Source: Massalongia carnosa (taxonomy: Eukaryota). Taken from it: a stretch of DNA of 64,000 bases. The position numbers and the translations under genes are program-made. The stretch spans positions 930,001-994,000 of the forward strand of contig OZ287074.1 in assembly GCA_965645245.1 (NCBI GenBank), given 5' to 3'. Of this stretch, positions 61,628-64,000 are shown in pieces (the stretch's first letter is position 1; each line of letters starts with the position of its first letter). The notes under the pieces were generated by a model. It saw only the letters and a program-made list of their open reading frames with translations. It ran no database searches and was not told the origin of the DNA.

Positions 61628-62536
61628 ATGCGCGTGAAAACCCTCTCCCCCCTCCCCCCTCATGTCTTTTCCCCCCCCAAAGGCCGAAAGCAAATCTATC
61701 TGTTCGTTTTCTCCCTCCCTGGCACCACCACCTCCACTAACCCCGAGCTTCAACCAAGCCCCAACATCACTCTCACCCTCCTCCGCACCCCGCACGCCCC
61801 CGCGCACTTCGCCTCCTTCCTCGCCCCGCTGCACCTGAACAAGCTCGACCTGAGGGACTTTCTGTACCGCGCGTACGGGCTGGAGGTGCGCGCCGTGCGC
61901 AGCTTTGTGGTGCAGGCGCGCGTGCGCCAGGATAAGCCCGGGAGGATAGAGTTGGGAAGAAATAAGTGAGTAGTTTTGTTTGTTTGTTTTTTTTTTTAGT
62001 TCTGAAAGTTTTGGAATTTTAATTGGCGAGCGAAGGGGAAGGAGAGAATGAATGGATAGGAAGGGGGAATGGGTGGATGGGATGAAGGAAACTCCCTCCG
62101 CCCTTCTCCCTTCTGTTCTACCCCTCTACGGGAAACAGACGCGCTTGCTTACCCGGCCCCTCCCCCTCTAATAACATCCTCCAGCTAACGAAAAGAAACC
62201 CCGAAAAACCAGATGGTTCCGCCCGCGCGCCACCAAGAAAATGACCATCGAACTCGCCCCCTCCCAGCCCTTCGTCTGGCCCGACCCGCCCGTCGACTTT
62301 TCCCCGTTCGTCCTCTTTCTCCTCGTTTCTCTCCTCCCCCCGTCTTTCCTTTCTGCACCAAACCCCCCAGCTAAAGAGAACTGAACAGATGGTCGCAAGA
62401 CGCGTTCCAGAAACGCACCGCGGAGCAGGAGGCGGAGCAGAAGCGGCTCGGGCCGCAGCGGGCGCGGCTGGAGAGGGAGGATGGGCCGGTGCTGGCGGAG
62501 CAGGCGAGGGCGTTGAGGGAGGGGAGGGGGAGATGA
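61628..62536 (+). CDS. MRP20: Mitochondrial ribosomal protein uL23m
   Basis: KQIYL/PNITLTLLRTP...PLHLNKLDLRDFLYRAYGLEVRAVRSFV; WFRPRATKKMTIEL..PFVWPDPPVDFSPW. Three introns; TGA at 62534-62536. Confidence 0.88.
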
Positions 62537-62953
62537 TATTGACAGGTTTTTGTAGGGAGGTGGCGGGTGCATGAGGGGGGGCACATGTACTTGTCTACGT
62601 ATGTGCGTAGAACAGCTGTTGAGGTTTGGAAGGGTTCACGTTCCTTTCTGTTTTATTCGGCAAACGGTGGTGACACGATTGTCCAACCAGGATGATTTGG
62701 ATGAAGGGGAAACAATGGATTGGTCAGAAAGATAGATAACATTGTGGGGTTTCACCATCCTCCACCAACGTCCAAGCAAACCTAGGATGATATCCTCACG
62801 CCCTCGCATTCACACGGCACACGATAGCTGTAACTCCAAGCTAGCAGAACCATCCGATAAAAAAAGCCCAGTTGCACGGTGTATTCGCGTTTCTCCCAAA
62901 TAGCCCAGGTTGGAAGCTCACTCCACCTACCTAGGTACTTACTTACCTGTGTC

Positions 62954-64000
62954 TCACAGCCGGCTTTCGATCCCAGGGAGGACTTGCTCGCCGGGCCAGT
63001 GCGCTTCGGGCCAGACGTGACGGAGGGCTTCCCAAATGTGTCTAATCCGGATGGAGGATGTTAGCGGAGTGCACGTTGTTCCGCTTTTCAGGAAAGCAAA
63101 AAGCGAGGTCGAAGTGAAAACGCAACGATAAATGAAGGAAATACAATATAACGGATCGGGGGAGAAGTACATACCCAACGTGAATGATCTCCAATCCCTC
63201 TCTAACCTCCACTGGCAAATCCCTCACATCCTTTCGGTTGCCAACCGGCAACAACACACTCCTCACCCCGGCCCTCAAGGCCCCAATTAACTTCTCCTTC
63301 ACTCCGCCCACGGGCAACACCCGTCCCCGAAGACTCACCTCCCCGGTCATCGCCAGCAGTGACGGCACCGCCTTTCCGCTAAACAACGATACCAACGCCA
63401 CCGTGTGCGCCAAACCCGCTGAAGGGCCATCTTTTGGAATCGCGCCCGACGGGCAATGCACGTGTACGCTGCGGGCGCGCATGATGTCCTCGGTTGCATC
63501 TTGAGTAAGGCCTAGCTCAAACGCATGCGCCTTGACCCATGAAAGAGCTACCTCGACGCTTTCCTTGAGTACGTCGCCTAGCTTCCCGGTCAGCTGCACG
63601 CGTCCCGTACCCGGCATGTCGGCAACTTCGATGAAAAGGATGCTGCCTTGGCCTCCGGTCGAATAGGCTACGAGGCCTGTGACGACCCCGGGGAGGGTGT
63701 TCTTCTCGGCGATTTCCTCCTCGAAGCGGGGAGTGCCAAGAATGGCGTCGAGATCGGCGAGCGAGACCTGCGGGTTATAGGAGAGGGGCGGGGAGGCGTC
63801 ATTGGATTCGGCGTATTCAACGGCTTTGAAGCGACAGACGGAGCCGATTTCGCGTTCGAGGTTGCGCACCCCAGATTCACGGGTATAGGATGTGATGATT
63901 TCGTCCACGACGGGTTGGGGAAAGGAGACTTGGTTGTCGTCAAGGCCGTTGGTGGCGATTTGCTTAGGGATGAGGTGTTGAATTGCAATGTGGCGCTTTT
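62954..64000 (-). CDS. Peroxisomal Lon protease (LonP2), 3' part
   Basis: [26 protein letters not shown]; catalytic PKDGPSAG (Ser) and GGVKEK (Lys); last exon ends ESRL*, a PTS1 signal. Confidence 0.92.

Noticed and set aside
1..64000. tRNA/rRNA genes and secondary-metabolite backbone genes
   Set aside because: None recognised by eye; tRNAscan-SE or Infernal would be needed to exclude small RNAs.

Overview
Eukaryotic DNA from a filamentous ascomycete (Pezizomycotina), judged by short GT-AG introns with CTRAC-like branch sites and by gene content. Apparently intact genes: a SAL1-type mitochondrial carrier (partial), a Het-C/TinC protein, importin-9/Kap114, Rev7, an RNF216-like RBR ligase, a Lyc1-like GNAT, Dcc1, a Gef2-like RhoGEF, a class II heme peroxidase, a SET-MYND methyltransferase, a Yvc1-like TRP channel, a large hypothetical protein, Mrp20 and a peroxisomal Lon (partial). 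Between them lie five decaying genes: a laccase-like multicopper oxidase, a Ser/Thr-rich surface protein, a HeLo-like N-domain protein, a bilirubin-oxidase-type multicopper oxidase and its divergently transcribed neighbour. There are three DNA transposons (a pogo-derived 614-bp element, an intact DD38E Tc1/mariner without a TA duplication, and a Fot1-like element with ~185-bp TIRs) and a ~0.9-kb 23-bp minisatellite. The best candidate for an uncharacterised system is the head-to-head pair at 40.1-46.0 kb: a bilirubin oxidase/CotA-like enzyme and a secreted protein of unknown function with a bacterial-style PKD domain, both disabled, about 3 kb from a class II peroxidase. All product calls come from motif recognition by eye; no searches were run.
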